The notes under the pieces were generated by a model. The model saw only the letters and a list, made by a program, of their open reading frames with translations. It was not told the origin of the DNA and ran no database searches. DNA of 64,000 nucleotides from Bacteroidales bacterium (GTDB taxonomy: Bacteria; Bacteroidota; Bacteroidia; Bacteroidales; P3). The DNA lies in contig JAZRVD010000137.1 of NCBI GenBank assembly GCA_045598945.1, forward strand, positions 1,513 through 65,512, written 5' to 3'. A program made the translations under genes and the position numbers. Of this stretch, positions 20,235-29,013 are shown piece by piece; positions within the stretch are counted from its first letter, which is position 1; the number at the start of each line of letters is the position of its first letter.

Positions 20235-21431
20235 CTAACGACAAGCGTAGCAGATATACGGATATTTAATGCCATCGGCGGCACGCTTGAGAAAGATATT
20301 GACGCGCAGCACATCGCCCACACAGGGCGCCACAACGCCACACGAAACAAGAAAGCTATACGATATATAGCCCGAATTGTAGGCTGGCGAGGCGGTGCCT
20401 GCCTCCACGATACACTCAGCATCCAAGAGTCGCCAACCAAAAACAGCACCATTAGCATCATACGCCATAAGATGGATGGTATGAAAGCCAAAACGATGCA
20501 CACCCACCTGCGGCGGCAGCAGCTCGCTGATAACAGCAGACTTGAAGCCGCTATGCTTTGGCACAACAGGATAAAAGGTTACATACTGCCCTACCCTCGC
20601 CTGCCACAGTGCCGCATCGGCGACAAAATGACGCGAGAAGGCATCGAAGATATGTATATGAGCGTGATAGCTGTCTATACGGTCGACATATCCCGCCACA
20701 AGTGGAAACGTCGACGCCGCCGAAGCATGCGAAAGCTGTATGGCCTCGTAACGCAGAGCACCATTGCCAGAACCATATCCAACATCCGACTCGGTCACAC
20801 AACATTCCTCGCACAAAACAAGCGGGTTGTCGTCGTTCCACATCTCGTCGCCGTCGGCATACCAGCGTAGCACCTCGAAGAGCTTGCCTACAGGCTGCTG
20901 CACAGACAGCCGTTCGAGCAGGACAGACAGCTCCTCGCCATCAGGCGACACCAGCCGCACAACAGGCTGCTGCATGGCATAGACCTTGACAGCCATCATA
21001 GGCAAGATATAACGACGACATGCCTCGTCGCGCGTGGCAGGATGACGAAACTGATAGCGCACTCTGGCATGCACAGCACGCTGACGCAACGAAGGACAAG
21101 CTACGCCCTGCACAACCATGATGTCGCGATCGTCCTGCCTAAGATTGCGTTCCAAGCCCCATTGCTGTAGAAAGTCGACAAGGTTAAACTCATCATGCCC
21201 TTCGGCATAATCCAGCATAACCTCAAGCAACAAGGAGTACAACGCCGAAGGACGCGCGACGGGCAGAAGGAAGAACGAGCGCAACAAAAGCTGCACCTCG
21301 TCATTCGACACCTCGCCAAGATGCTGTCTCAGATACCAGCATATAGCCTCGGCAGCCTGCACAGGTCTGTCGTCGGCATGCTGCAACGCCTCGGCAAGCT
21401 GACTCCATTCTATATTTACATTATCTAACAA
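20235..21431 (-). CDS. Hypothetical protein (398 aa), last gene of the PqqD-like operon
   Basis: The ORF overlaps the upstream gene by 7 nt. No motif I can assign. Its stop lies 4 nt from the stop of the convergent ATPase gene. Confidence 0.65.
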   Translation of the reverse strand: MLDNVNIEWSQLAEALQHADDRPVQAAEAICWYLRQHLGEVSNDEVQLLLRSFFLLPVARPSALYSLLLEVMLDYAEGHDEFNLVDFLQQWGLERNLRQDDRDIMVVQGVACPSLRQRAVHARVRYQFRHPATRDEACRRYILPMMAVKVYAMQQPVVRLVSPDGEELSVLLERLSVQQPVGKLFEVLRWYADGDEMWNDDNPLVLCEECCVTESDVGYGSGNGALRYEAIQLSHASAASTFPLVAGYVDRIDSYHAHIHIFDAFSRHFVADAALWQARVGQYVTFYPVVPKHSGFKSAVISELLPPQVGVHRFGFHTIHLMAYDANGAVFGWRLLDAECIVEAGTASPAYNSGYISYSFLVSCGVVAPCVGDVLRVNIFLKRAADGIKYPYICYACR

Positions 21432-22585
21432 CGATGAAAGAGAGCTTTAACGGTGCCACGGAAACGCGAAGAGAAGTTCTCGACAAAAGCCGCCACAGCT
21501 GTGGACAGCGAGATGACAGCCGCAATGCGCGTAAGCCCCAAGAGGTCGACAAAGCCTTGCCACGCACGCCGCACACCTCGCTTAAGCTTGCGATGCTGAC
21601 GTGTGCCGGTGAGAAAATTTGAGCCCTCGACGATAGACCGCAGCACAAAGCCTTGCGAACGCGCCGCACGACGAGCGTTGTATAAAGGGAACTCATCCTT
21701 GGGCAAGCCTATCTGATTGACCACTATGCCACCCAACACCTGCCACGCTTTGAGAAGTCCGGTACGACGCAAGTCGTCATGCAACTGACGATAGTCGATA
21801 GCGCCATAGTGGTGATGCAATATCAACGCCCAGTCGCAAAACTGGCGGAGACCTATGCCACTATTGCTAAGATGCTGACATATATGATTGAAGACATACA
21901 GCACATTAAACTGCGGGTTGGGTTGCAGCACCTCTACAAAGCCTTGCTTTGGCACAAGAGAAGCTGTGCCATCGGTAGCGGAGATATACAGCGGCACGCA
22001 ATTCTCTGTTCTCAGCTGCCGTTCTGCCAGACGCCTGTAAGCACGCTTGCGGAACCTGTTGCCTGCCCATCCGGCACGCTTGTGCAACTCGACGTCAAGC
22101 CCGTTCCAATCAATATTGTATTCATAGTCGCCCACCTGATGAGCCTGCTTTACAGCCTCCATGTCGCCAGCCTCTTTGTTGAGCCTTACTATCAGCTCTA
22201 CACCTCTGTCAAACTCATTCTGCGGCAGATAGACATCGATGTCGCCACAAGCGCGCACACACCTGTTAGGATATAGCGCCGCCAAGCCGTCGCCTTTGAG
22301 CAGCACGGGGTGCAAGCCCTCGCCTCGCATAGCCTCAAACAGTTTGACAGTGCCTTCGGCAATATGCGAATGGGTGAACACCAGCTGAGCCATATACCGG
22401 CGTACATACACCAGGCACTTTGCCGACTGCTGGCTGTGGCTGTTGGTCAGCATCTGGCAGAAGTTGTCGGCCACCACGCCCAGCAAGGCATGACGATGGA
22501 ATATCTCCGCCAACGGCACAATATCCTCCTGGGTCTCCGGCCCCGAAGTCTGCCATAACGACGATCTAAGAATTTCTAAAAACAT
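21425..22585 (-). CDS. Uncharacterised nucleotidyltransferase family protein (NTP_transf_5-like)
   Basis: Pol-beta-fold signature ...VRACGDIDVYLPQ..., size and helical tail typical of the family. Overlaps the upstream gene by 20 nt. Confidence 0.6.
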   Translation of the reverse strand: MFLEILRSSLWQTSGPETQEDIVPLAEIFHRHALLGVVADNFCQMLTNSHSQQSAKCLVYVRRYMAQLVFTHSHIAEGTVKLFEAMRGEGLHPVLLKGDGLAALYPNRCVRACGDIDVYLPQNEFDRGVELIVRLNKEAGDMEAVKQAHQVGDYEYNIDWNGLDVELHKRAGWAGNRFRKRAYRRLAERQLRTENCVPLYISATDGTASLVPKQGFVEVLQPNPQFNVLYVFNHICQHLSNSGIGLRQFCDWALILHHHYGAIDYRQLHDDLRRTGLLKAWQVLGGIVVNQIGLPKDEFPLYNARRAARSQGFVLRSIVEGSNFLTGTRQHRKLKRGVRRAWQGFVDLLGLTRIAAVISLSTAVAAFVENFSSRFRGTVKALFHRC

Positions 22586-23015
22586 GATGCAAAAGATTAC
22601 ACACAGAATGTTTTATGGCACGCCACGGACGAGAGATGATGATATAATGCCAATATATACGGTAACCGATGTCCGTAGTCTCTACACGCTTGCCCTTGCG
22701 CACCACAGCCTGCAACACACCCACCACATAGCTATCCAACACATCGTTTTCGAGCACAGTCCTGTTGTCGCCGCAGCAGCAGTAACACACCTCTTTGCCA
22801 GGCACTATCTTGGGAGTCTTCACAATACGATGAAGCACATACTGCCCATTAGGACGCAGGTACAGCGGCACATCGCCTTTGTGCAGAGGGTGTTTGGGCT
22901 TGGCAACGACAATCACCAAGTCGCGCCCCTGACATATCAACGGCCTCATACTGTTGCCTACGGTGTTGTAGAATAGCACATCGTTCTTGGATAGATAGTC
23001 TCTAAAATTGATCAT
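22566..23015 (-). CDS. S24/S26 (LexA/signal-peptidase-like) serine peptidase
   Basis: Catalytic-serine motif VGNSMRPLI, beta-rich body, VLHRIV segment. Overlaps the upstream gene by 4 nt. Confidence 0.65.
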   Translation of the reverse strand: MINFRDYLSKNDVLFYNTVGNSMRPLICQGRDLVIVVAKPKHPLHKGDVPLYLRPNGQYVLHRIVKTPKIVPGKEVCYCCCGDNRTVLENDVLDSYVVGVLQAVVRKGKRVETTDIGYRIYWHYIIISRPWRAIKHSVCNLLHHVFRNS

Positions 23016-23743
23016 TGCATAACAGAATAAGCAAGTTGCGCTGCCTCAATATCGGGACGACAATATAGATGGAACACCGGCGCCGTGGTCAACAGCTTGT
23101 TGAGCAACACAAGCGTCTGCGACATACGCGATGGGTCGGTCGGGCGGAAAGTCTGTTGCAAGATGTGAGGGCAAGCCTCTACAGCAGATATTTTCTCTAT
23201 CTTGTTTTCATCACCTCGCGACAAGATGCACAGAGCCTTGACAGGCACGGCAATATTGCTGCTAAGATGGTGCTTGCCGTCCCACGGCGTGCCGTAAGCT
23301 ACAGACGGTGTGTCGACAGAGACTATGGGCTTGTCGTCGTTGACCATCACAGCCCTATCTCCCAGCATCTTGCGCCACAGCGCCGTATGGGTGCTTTTGC
23401 CTGTGCCGCTGCGGGCAAGGAAGAGATAGGCGCCGCCATCTACGGCAATAGTGCTGGCATGCATCAACAGCCGGCCATATTGCGGCAAGTGGTCGGCAAT
23501 AGACCTGTACACCGCCGTGGTCTCAAGCACGGCATCGGGGAAGTCGTAGGGAGGAAGCCCCTCCATCTCGCGCTCTCGCCGGCTGTGCCGACGCTCTTCG
23601 TCGATGTCGCAAGGCGAGATACTGACAGCGATGTCCGGCACGGCATCATCGTCGCAACGATAGTCTCTACACATGCCATGCACCACACTATACATCGACT
23701 CTACAGACACCGTAAGACCGGCGAGCCTATAGCAGGCTAACAT
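23012..23743 (-). CDS. HPr-kinase-related P-loop kinase-like protein
   Basis: HASTIAVDGGAYLFLARSGTGKSTH (P-loop encoded at 23390-23407) resembles the HprK C-terminal domain. Overlaps the PqqD-like gene by 7 nt. Confidence 0.6.
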   Translation of the reverse strand: MLACYRLAGLTVSVESMYSVVHGMCRDYRCDDDAVPDIAVSISPCDIDEERRHSRREREMEGLPPYDFPDAVLETTAVYRSIADHLPQYGRLLMHASTIAVDGGAYLFLARSGTGKSTHTALWRKMLGDRAVMVNDDKPIVSVDTPSVAYGTPWDGKHHLSSNIAVPVKALCILSRGDENKIEKISAVEACPHILQQTFRPTDPSRMSQTLVLLNKLLTTAPVFHLYCRPDIEAAQLAYSVMQ

Positions 23744-24003
23744 ACCACCACGCCCTCCTGCACAAGGCTGTCGATAATCCTATCTACCGACGACACCAAG
23801 GTGTCGCGATCAACGTCGTACTCATTGAGCATGGTCTCTATTATCTTGTCGTGATCGGCACCCTCGCCTATCAGTTGCATAATGCGATAACCGGTAGCGT
23901 TGAGTTGCACCATGCCGTTAAACTGGCGAGCGTCGTCGCCCACGGCGGTAGCCACATAGACATCGCCTACTGGCTGAAAAACAAATTTATATTTTAATTT
24001 CAT
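23737..24003 (-). CDS. PqqD-family (RiPP recognition element-like) protein, 88 aa
   Basis: MKLKYKFVFQPVGDVYVA...ATGYRIMQLI...DVDRDTLVSSVDRIIDSLVQEGVV fits the PqqD/RRE size and pattern. First ATG is at 24003; the track start at 24042 is rejected. Confidence 0.65.
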   Translation of the reverse strand: MKLKYKFVFQPVGDVYVATAVGDDARQFNGMVQLNATGYRIMQLIGEGADHDKIIETMLNEYDVDRDTLVSSVDRIIDSLVQEGVVVC

Positions 24004-24149
24004 AACAAAACGATAAACTATCTGTAAAGCGCTGCACGCCACAATGCCAATATACTATTCCAAGCCAGCGACTCAAACAAAAACATCAAAAGCCCCACAG
24101 TATTGTTTTTTCATCTTACATATAGCCGTCTAACCTATTATTGACATTG

Positions 24150-24157
24150 CAAAGATA
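24150..24157 (-). promoter_or_regulatory. -7 promoter box (TATCTTTG on the coding strand) for the PqqD-like operon
   Basis: Matches TAnnTTTG about 146 nt upstream of the ATG at 24003, immediately downstream of the rubrerythrin terminator. Confidence 0.5.
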
Positions 24158-24236
24158 CTAATAAATCAACACATATCATTTATTTTTTTACCATTCATGC
24201 CATCTCAACCGAGCATGCTTGCAGCAAACAACAAAA

Positions 24237-24290
24237 CCACTGGGAACGATGCAGAAAAACATAAAAGCACTTTTGCATCATTCCCAGTGG
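24237..24290 (-). terminator. Terminator hairpin downstream of rubrerythrin
   Basis: 17-bp arms CCACTGGGAACGATGCA / TGCATCATTCCCAGTGG with one mismatch. On the minus strand they are followed by TTTTGTTGTTTG. Confidence 0.6.
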
Positions 24291-24315
24291 CAAGTGTCAA
24301 GCATATATCCAGCCA

Positions 24316-24858
24316 TTAGAAGTTGTCGAGATGGATCTCGAAATAGGCCTTCGGATGAGCACATGTGGGGCAGACCTCAGGAGCCTTGGTGCCTACTACA
24401 ATATGACCGCAGTTGCGACACTCCCACACCTTCACCTCGCTCTTCTCGAACACCTGGGCGGTCTCAATATTCTTAAGCAGTGCACGATAGCGCTCTTCAT
24501 GGCGTTTCTCAATAGCTGCCACAAGGCGGAACTTGTTGGCGAGCTCCTTGAAGCCCTCTTCTTCAGCTGTCTTGGCGAAGCCCTCGTACATGTCGGTCCA
24601 CTCGTAGTTTTCGCCGTTGGCGGCATCGAGAAGATTTTCAGCGGTGGTGCCTACGCCGTCGTGCAGCTCCTTGTACCACATCTTGGCATGCTCTTTCTCG
24701 TTTTCGGCAGTCTGCTGAAAGATAGCGGCTATCTGCTCATAACCCTCTTTCTTTGCTGCTGAAGAGAAATAGGTGTACTTGTTGCGAGCCTGCGATTCGC
24801 CAGCAAAGGCGGCTTCGAGGTTCTTCTCGGTCTGCGTGCCTGCATATTTGTTTGCCAT
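24316..24858 (-). CDS. rbr: Rubrerythrin
   Basis: Ferritin-like di-iron ExxH motifs ([20 protein letters not shown]) and a C-terminal rubredoxin-like CRNCGH...CPTCAHP. Confidence 0.9.
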   Translation of the reverse strand: MANKYAGTQTEKNLEAAFAGESQARNKYTYFSSAAKKEGYEQIAAIFQQTAENEKEHAKMWYKELHDGVGTTAENLLDAANGENYEWTDMYEGFAKTAEEEGFKELANKFRLVAAIEKRHEERYRALLKNIETAQVFEKSEVKVWECRNCGHIVVGTKAPEVCPTCAHPKAYFEIHLDNF

Positions 24859-24895
24859 AATGTATATGTTTTTTTAAGATTGTATTATCGAAATG

Positions 24896-24903
24896 CAAAG
24901 ATA
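24896..24903 (-). promoter_or_regulatory. -7 promoter box (TATCTTTG on the coding strand) for rubrerythrin
   Basis: Matches TAnnTTTG 37 nt upstream of the ATG at 24858. Confidence 0.55.
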
Positions 24904-24979
24904 CGATATTTTTTTATTTTCTCGCCTCGGCAGAGTAAAAACATTCATTATATCAGACCTGCATGGCAACTTCCCACAC

Positions 24980-27900
24980 TTACCCAACATCTTGATTTTC
25001 TGCCCACTGCTCGCATTGCTTAAGCACGATGTTCATAGCATCTTCGGCCTCTTCTGGCGGGTACTTGTACTGTTTCAGCAAACGCTTTACCAGTCGGCGC
25101 ATATTGGCACGCTCCGACTCTCTGCGGTTCCAGTCAATAGTACGATTTTTTCTTAGCATGTCGGACAAGTCTTTTGTGAGAGCAACCAACTGCTCGTTTG
25201 AATAGAAGTCCTTTACAGCCTGCGGCCGTGTCAAGGCATCGTAAAAAGCCTTCTCTTCTTTGGAGAGTCCCAAGACATTGCCCTGCTGTTCAGCATCCAT
25301 TATTTCCTGAGCCAGTTTCAGAAGCTCCTGTATAACCTCTTCGTTGGTCAGCAAGCCGTTTACATAACGGTTCAACGTCTCACTAAATATGTTGCTAAAC
25401 AGCTCACCGGTAACAATATTTGAACGTATCATAGTACGGACACGGCCACGGAGCAAGTCTTCGAGCAATTTTGCCGCAAGATTCTTTTCCTTCATCTTCC
25501 TGACCTCTTCCATAAATTTTTCATCAAAGAGGGAGAACTCTGTCTGTTCGTTAAAGAGATTGACCACACCATCGCTGCTCACGCTTTGCTCTATCAGGGC
25601 CGCTATACGCTGGTTTATCTCTTTTTTTGTTACCTTGCCAGGGCTCTGGAGTCGGACTATCAAGATGCGTACCGCCTCCATAAAACTGACCTCGAAACGC
25701 TCTTCTTCTACAAGCAGCGAACGGCACAACGTTACCGCCTGACGGAGCAGGGAGGCGTTCTTGACAAAGTCCTTGCAGTCGTCGGCCTTGTTTGGCGCAA
25801 CCATGAAATTGACGCCGCCCTTGATCAGTTGAGCACGTTCTGCCGGCGTCCCCTGCCAGAATTTGCTATAATCATAGCCATGAAAGAGGTCTCGACAGAT
25901 CTCAAGTTTCTCCTTGAACTCTGAATATGCCTTCTCCTTGATGTCGTTGTTACCATAGTTGTCGCGGTCGCGCTTTGTGTAACGTTTCATGGCGTCCTTC
26001 AAAGCAGCCGCGATGCCCACATAATCGACAATCAAGCCGCCAGCCTTCTCTGGGAATACACGATTGACGCGCGCTATTGCCTGCATTAGATTGTGGTCTT
26101 TCATTGGTTTATAGACATACATCGTAGCCAACGACGGGACATCAAACCCCGTAAGCCACATGTCCACCACTATGGCTATCTTCATCGCGTCGTTCTCATC
26201 TTTGAACTTCTTGGCAAGCTCTTTTCTGTATGCCTTGCCGCCAACAATGTCCGCCCATTCCTCCGGGTCCTGGTTGCCGCTGGTCATAACCACCTTTACC
26301 TTCTCGGCCCACTCCGGCCGCAGTTCGAGTATACGCTTGTATATCTTCATCGCTATTGGGCGAGAGTAAGCCACAATCATGGCTTTGCCGCAGCATATAT
26401 ACTGGCGGTTGTCCTCATAATGAGCTATGATGTCTTGTACAAGGTCGTTGACGGTGGCATCGTTGCCAAGAAGGGCGTCCATGTGCGACATCTCTTTCTT
26501 GTTCTTATCAAGGTCTGTCTCCGACGCGCCTTCTTCTCTCAGCTTGTCGTACTCGGCATCAATCTGTGCAAGGACATCATCGTTGAGTTTCAACTTTATA
26601 ACACGACTCTCATAATACACAGGCCGCGTTGCGCCGTCATTGACAGCCTGGGTCATATCATAGACATCAATATCGTCGCCGAAAACCTCTCTGGTGTCTC
26701 TATCCTTGTCTGATATTGGCGTACCGGTAAAACCAATATACGAGGCATGGGGCAGCGAGTTGCGTATCTTTCGTGCGGCACCGACATGCACATTGCCCTC
26801 GGTATCCACTTTCTCTTCCATGCCGTACTGTCCACGATGCGCCTCGTCGGTCATCACTATGATGTTCTGGCGGTCGGAGAGTGCGCCATCCCAGTCGTCG
26901 AACTTCTGCATGGTGGTGAAGATGATGCCGCCCGAATGACGATTTTTCAACAATGCCTTCAGTGAGGTGTCGTCCCCCTCTGCATTGCGACTTGTGCATT
27001 GCACGGCACGCTGACGGAGGAAGTCCACCGTGCGCGAAAACTGACCATACAGCTGCTCGTCGAGGTCGTTGCGGTCGGTTATAACCACAATAGTTGGATT
27101 TAAGGACTGCACCTTAGGATGGTGTGCCAGGAACACCATCGAGAGACTCTTGCCAGAGCCTTGCGTGTGCCAGAATACGCCAATCTTGCCATCGCCTTTC
27201 ACGGCCTCCGCTGTTCTTTGTGCTGCTTTCTCCACGGCGTAGTACTGATGATAGCCAGCCAATATCTTGGCATAACTGTCTTCGCGGACATCGAAAAGGA
27301 TATAGTTTTTCAGGAGGTTGAGCAATATCTGCGGGGCGAACACCAACTTGAAAGCTACGTCGTAGTCAGCCACCTCACCAGTAGGCTGCTTCCATTCCAT
27401 GTAGCGGTCTTCCTTGGCTGTTACCGTACCTATCTTGGTCAGGGCCATATCGCTCATGACGTTGAAGGCATTGTAGACGAAGAGCGAAGGTATGAACTTC
27501 TGGTAATTGCGGAGCTGCAGGTAAGCCTCGCTGGCATCCGTTTCTTCTCTCGACGGAGACTTCAGCTCAACGACTACCAAAGGCAGACCATTGACAAACA
27601 CCACAATATCGGGGCGCTTTGTGTCGAGATCTTGAACGGTGTACTGGTTTACCACGAGGAAGTCGTTGCGTTCTGGATGCTCGTAGTCTATCAGATTCAC
27701 CACCCTTGTCTTCTGCTCATACTGGCGCTCCACTCGCTCGTTCCCACGACCATAGAGCGCCATCGACTCCGACACCATGCTGCGACCGTCATCGTCAGCA
27801 CCTGTCGTCAGGGGCAGCTGCTGGCTGAACGTTACTTCCACGCCATACTGCATCATCTGGGTGAACTTGAAGTTGCACTCGTAGAGCGAAGAGCCTTCTA

Positions 27901-28108
27901 TCTGATGCAGCTTCTTGATGGCATCGTCAATGACTGAGATAGGCAACGTGGGATTGATGCGTTGCAAAGACTCTTGCAGCACATCTTCGAGGAGCGGATT
28001 GTTGTAGTCACGCTTTATGTCAGGTCCGTATTGGTAACGGAACTGCTTACCTTCAAGGTTTTGGAACAACTCTATGAGAGCCTGTTCGTATGTGTCTTCG
28101 GTAAACAT
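24980..28108 (-). CDS. hsdR: Type I restriction enzyme R subunit
   Basis: 1042 aa. Helicase motif I HTQGSGKSLSMVF and motif II MTDEAHRGQYG, an N-terminal nuclease-like region, and a C-terminal helical domain. Confidence 0.9.
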   Translation of the reverse strand: MFTEDTYEQALIELFQNLEGKQFRYQYGPDIKRDYNNPLLEDVLQESLQRINPTLPISVIDDAIKKLHQIEGSSLYECNFKFTQMMQYGVEVTFSQQLPLTTGADDDGRSMVSESMALYGRGNERVERQYEQKTRVVNLIDYEHPERNDFLVVNQYTVQDLDTKRPDIVVFVNGLPLVVVELKSPSREETDASEAYLQLRNYQKFIPSLFVYNAFNVMSDMALTKIGTVTAKEDRYMEWKQPTGEVADYDVAFKLVFAPQILLNLLKNYILFDVREDSYAKILAGYHQYYAVEKAAQRTAEAVKGDGKIGVFWHTQGSGKSLSMVFLAHHPKVQSLNPTIVVITDRNDLDEQLYGQFSRTVDFLRQRAVQCTSRNAEGDDTSLKALLKNRHSGGIIFTTMQKFDDWDGALSDRQNIIVMTDEAHRGQYGMEEKVDTEGNVHVGAARKIRNSLPHASYIGFTGTPISDKDRDTREVFGDDIDVYDMTQAVNDGATRPVYYESRVIKLKLNDDVLAQIDAEYDKLREEGASETDLDKNKKEMSHMDALLGNDATVNDLVQDIIAHYEDNRQYICCGKAMIVAYSRPIAMKIYKRILELRPEWAEKVKVVMTSGNQDPEEWADIVGGKAYRKELAKKFKDENDAMKIAIVVDMWLTGFDVPSLATMYVYKPMKDHNLMQAIARVNRVFPEKAGGLIVDYVGIAAALKDAMKRYTKRDRDNYGNNDIKEKAYSEFKEKLEICRDLFHGYDYSKFWQGTPAERAQLIKGGVNFMVAPNKADDCKDFVKNASLLRQAVTLCRSLLVEEERFEVSFMEAVRILIVRLQSPGKVTKKEINQRIAALIEQSVSSDGVVNLFNEQTEFSLFDEKFMEEVRKMKEKNLAAKLLEDLLRGRVRTMIRSNIVTGELFSNIFSETLNRYVNGLLTNEEVIQELLKLAQEIMDAEQQGNVLGLSKEEKAFYDALTRPQAVKDFYSNEQLVALTKDLSDMLRKNRTIDWNRRESERANMRRLVKRLLKQYKYPPEEAEDAMNIVLKQCEQWAENQDVG

Positions 28109-28119
28109 GGGTTTCTGTT

Positions 28120-28191
28120 TTTTTTATAGAATTTCTAGATATTCTAGAACTTCTAGACATTCTAGGGCTTCTAGAAATCATAGGGCTTCTA
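28120..28191 (-). repeat. Eight tandem 9-nt units (TAGAANNTC-like) beginning at the stop codon of the upstream gene
   Basis: Minus strand reads TAGAAGCCC TATGATTTC TAGAAGCCC TAGAATGTC TAGAAGTTC TAGAATATC TAGAAATTC TATAAAAAA. That gives six CTAG cores with exact 9-nt phasing. Confidence 0.9.
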
Positions 28192-29007
28192 TAGCTTTTC
28201 CTTAAGTTTTTTTATCTCATCCTGCTGGTCGTAGTAAGCTTTGAGGGCGCGTTGCTTTAGGCTTTCGTGGGCGGCTTGCCATTTAGCGGCTTCTGATTGC
28301 CATTTCTGCGCTTCGGTCTGCCATTTAGCGGCCTCTTGCAGAGCCTCTTGCAGCTGCTGTTGCAAGACAGGCAGCTGCTGCTCGAGTTGCTTGAGGCGCT
28401 CGTCATGCTGCTGGCGATAGCCGGTACGGGCGCGATACATTCTTTCCTTTATCCCGCCTTCAGTGATAAACTCATGCTCCAGTTTCTCCAAAAAAGACAT
28501 CATCATCTTGTCGGTCATGTGGCAGAGGGTGAGGCCGTAGTTGCAGAACTCCTCGTCCGTCCATTGCTGAAAGAAAGGCTCGTAGTCTGCGAGCTTGTTG
28601 TGTGTACGGCAATAGGCGAGCATGGCATCGTAGCGGGCTGTGTTACGGTCGAAATAACGCTGTGGGGCCATGTCGGTAGGATTGCCGAAGAACATCAGAT
28701 TGCGTGATTTGATATAGTCTTCAAAGTCTTCGCGGAGCTCTTGCAGCGAAGAGCGCGCCACGTTGAGAAGCTTCAGTTGCATTTCTGTTGATGTAACTCC
28801 ATCGGAGAGGCCTTCCACGATGTTCTGTTTGCATGAACGAGCAGCCTGTATCACCTGGTCGCGTGTGCGGTCTTTATAAAGATGTATAAAGCGGTCACAG
28901 AAAACGAATGCCAGCTGATATATCACATCCGATTTCTGGTAGAAGAACAGCTCCCGCCATTGCGTCTGTACCTTCAGCACCTTCTCTGCTTTCTTGTCAT
29001 TTTCCAT
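28189..29007 (-). CDS. Four-helix-bundle protein (23S rRNA IVS-protein family) with suffix domain and C-terminal coiled coil
   Basis: The N-terminal FYQKSDVIYQLAFVFCDRF...AARSCKQNIVEG...SSLQELREDFEDY pattern fits the family. The C-terminus carries three KWQ-xEA heptad-like repeats encoded by 3 x 21-bp tandem DNA. Confidence 0.7.
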   Translation of the reverse strand: MENDKKAEKVLKVQTQWRELFFYQKSDVIYQLAFVFCDRFIHLYKDRTRDQVIQAARSCKQNIVEGLSDGVTSTEMQLKLLNVARSSLQELREDFEDYIKSRNLMFFGNPTDMAPQRYFDRNTARYDAMLAYCRTHNKLADYEPFFQQWTDEEFCNYGLTLCHMTDKMMMSFLEKLEHEFITEGGIKERMYRARTGYRQQHDERLKQLEQQLPVLQQQLQEALQEAAKWQTEAQKWQSEAAKWQAAHESLKQRALKAYYDQQDEIKKLKEKL

Positions 29008-29013
29008 CTTGAC

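Noticed and set aside
20235-24042. Calling the operon a lasso-peptide biosynthetic gene cluster
   Set aside because: No asparagine-synthetase-like cyclase, no transglutaminase-like B2 protease and no precursor gene are present. Only accessory-type genes (RRE, kinase-like, nucleotidyltransferase) are seen.
28120-28191. CRISPR array (also considered for 19027..19071)
   Set aside because: The units are only 9 or 15 nt long, directly abutting with no spacers, and there are no cas genes in the window.
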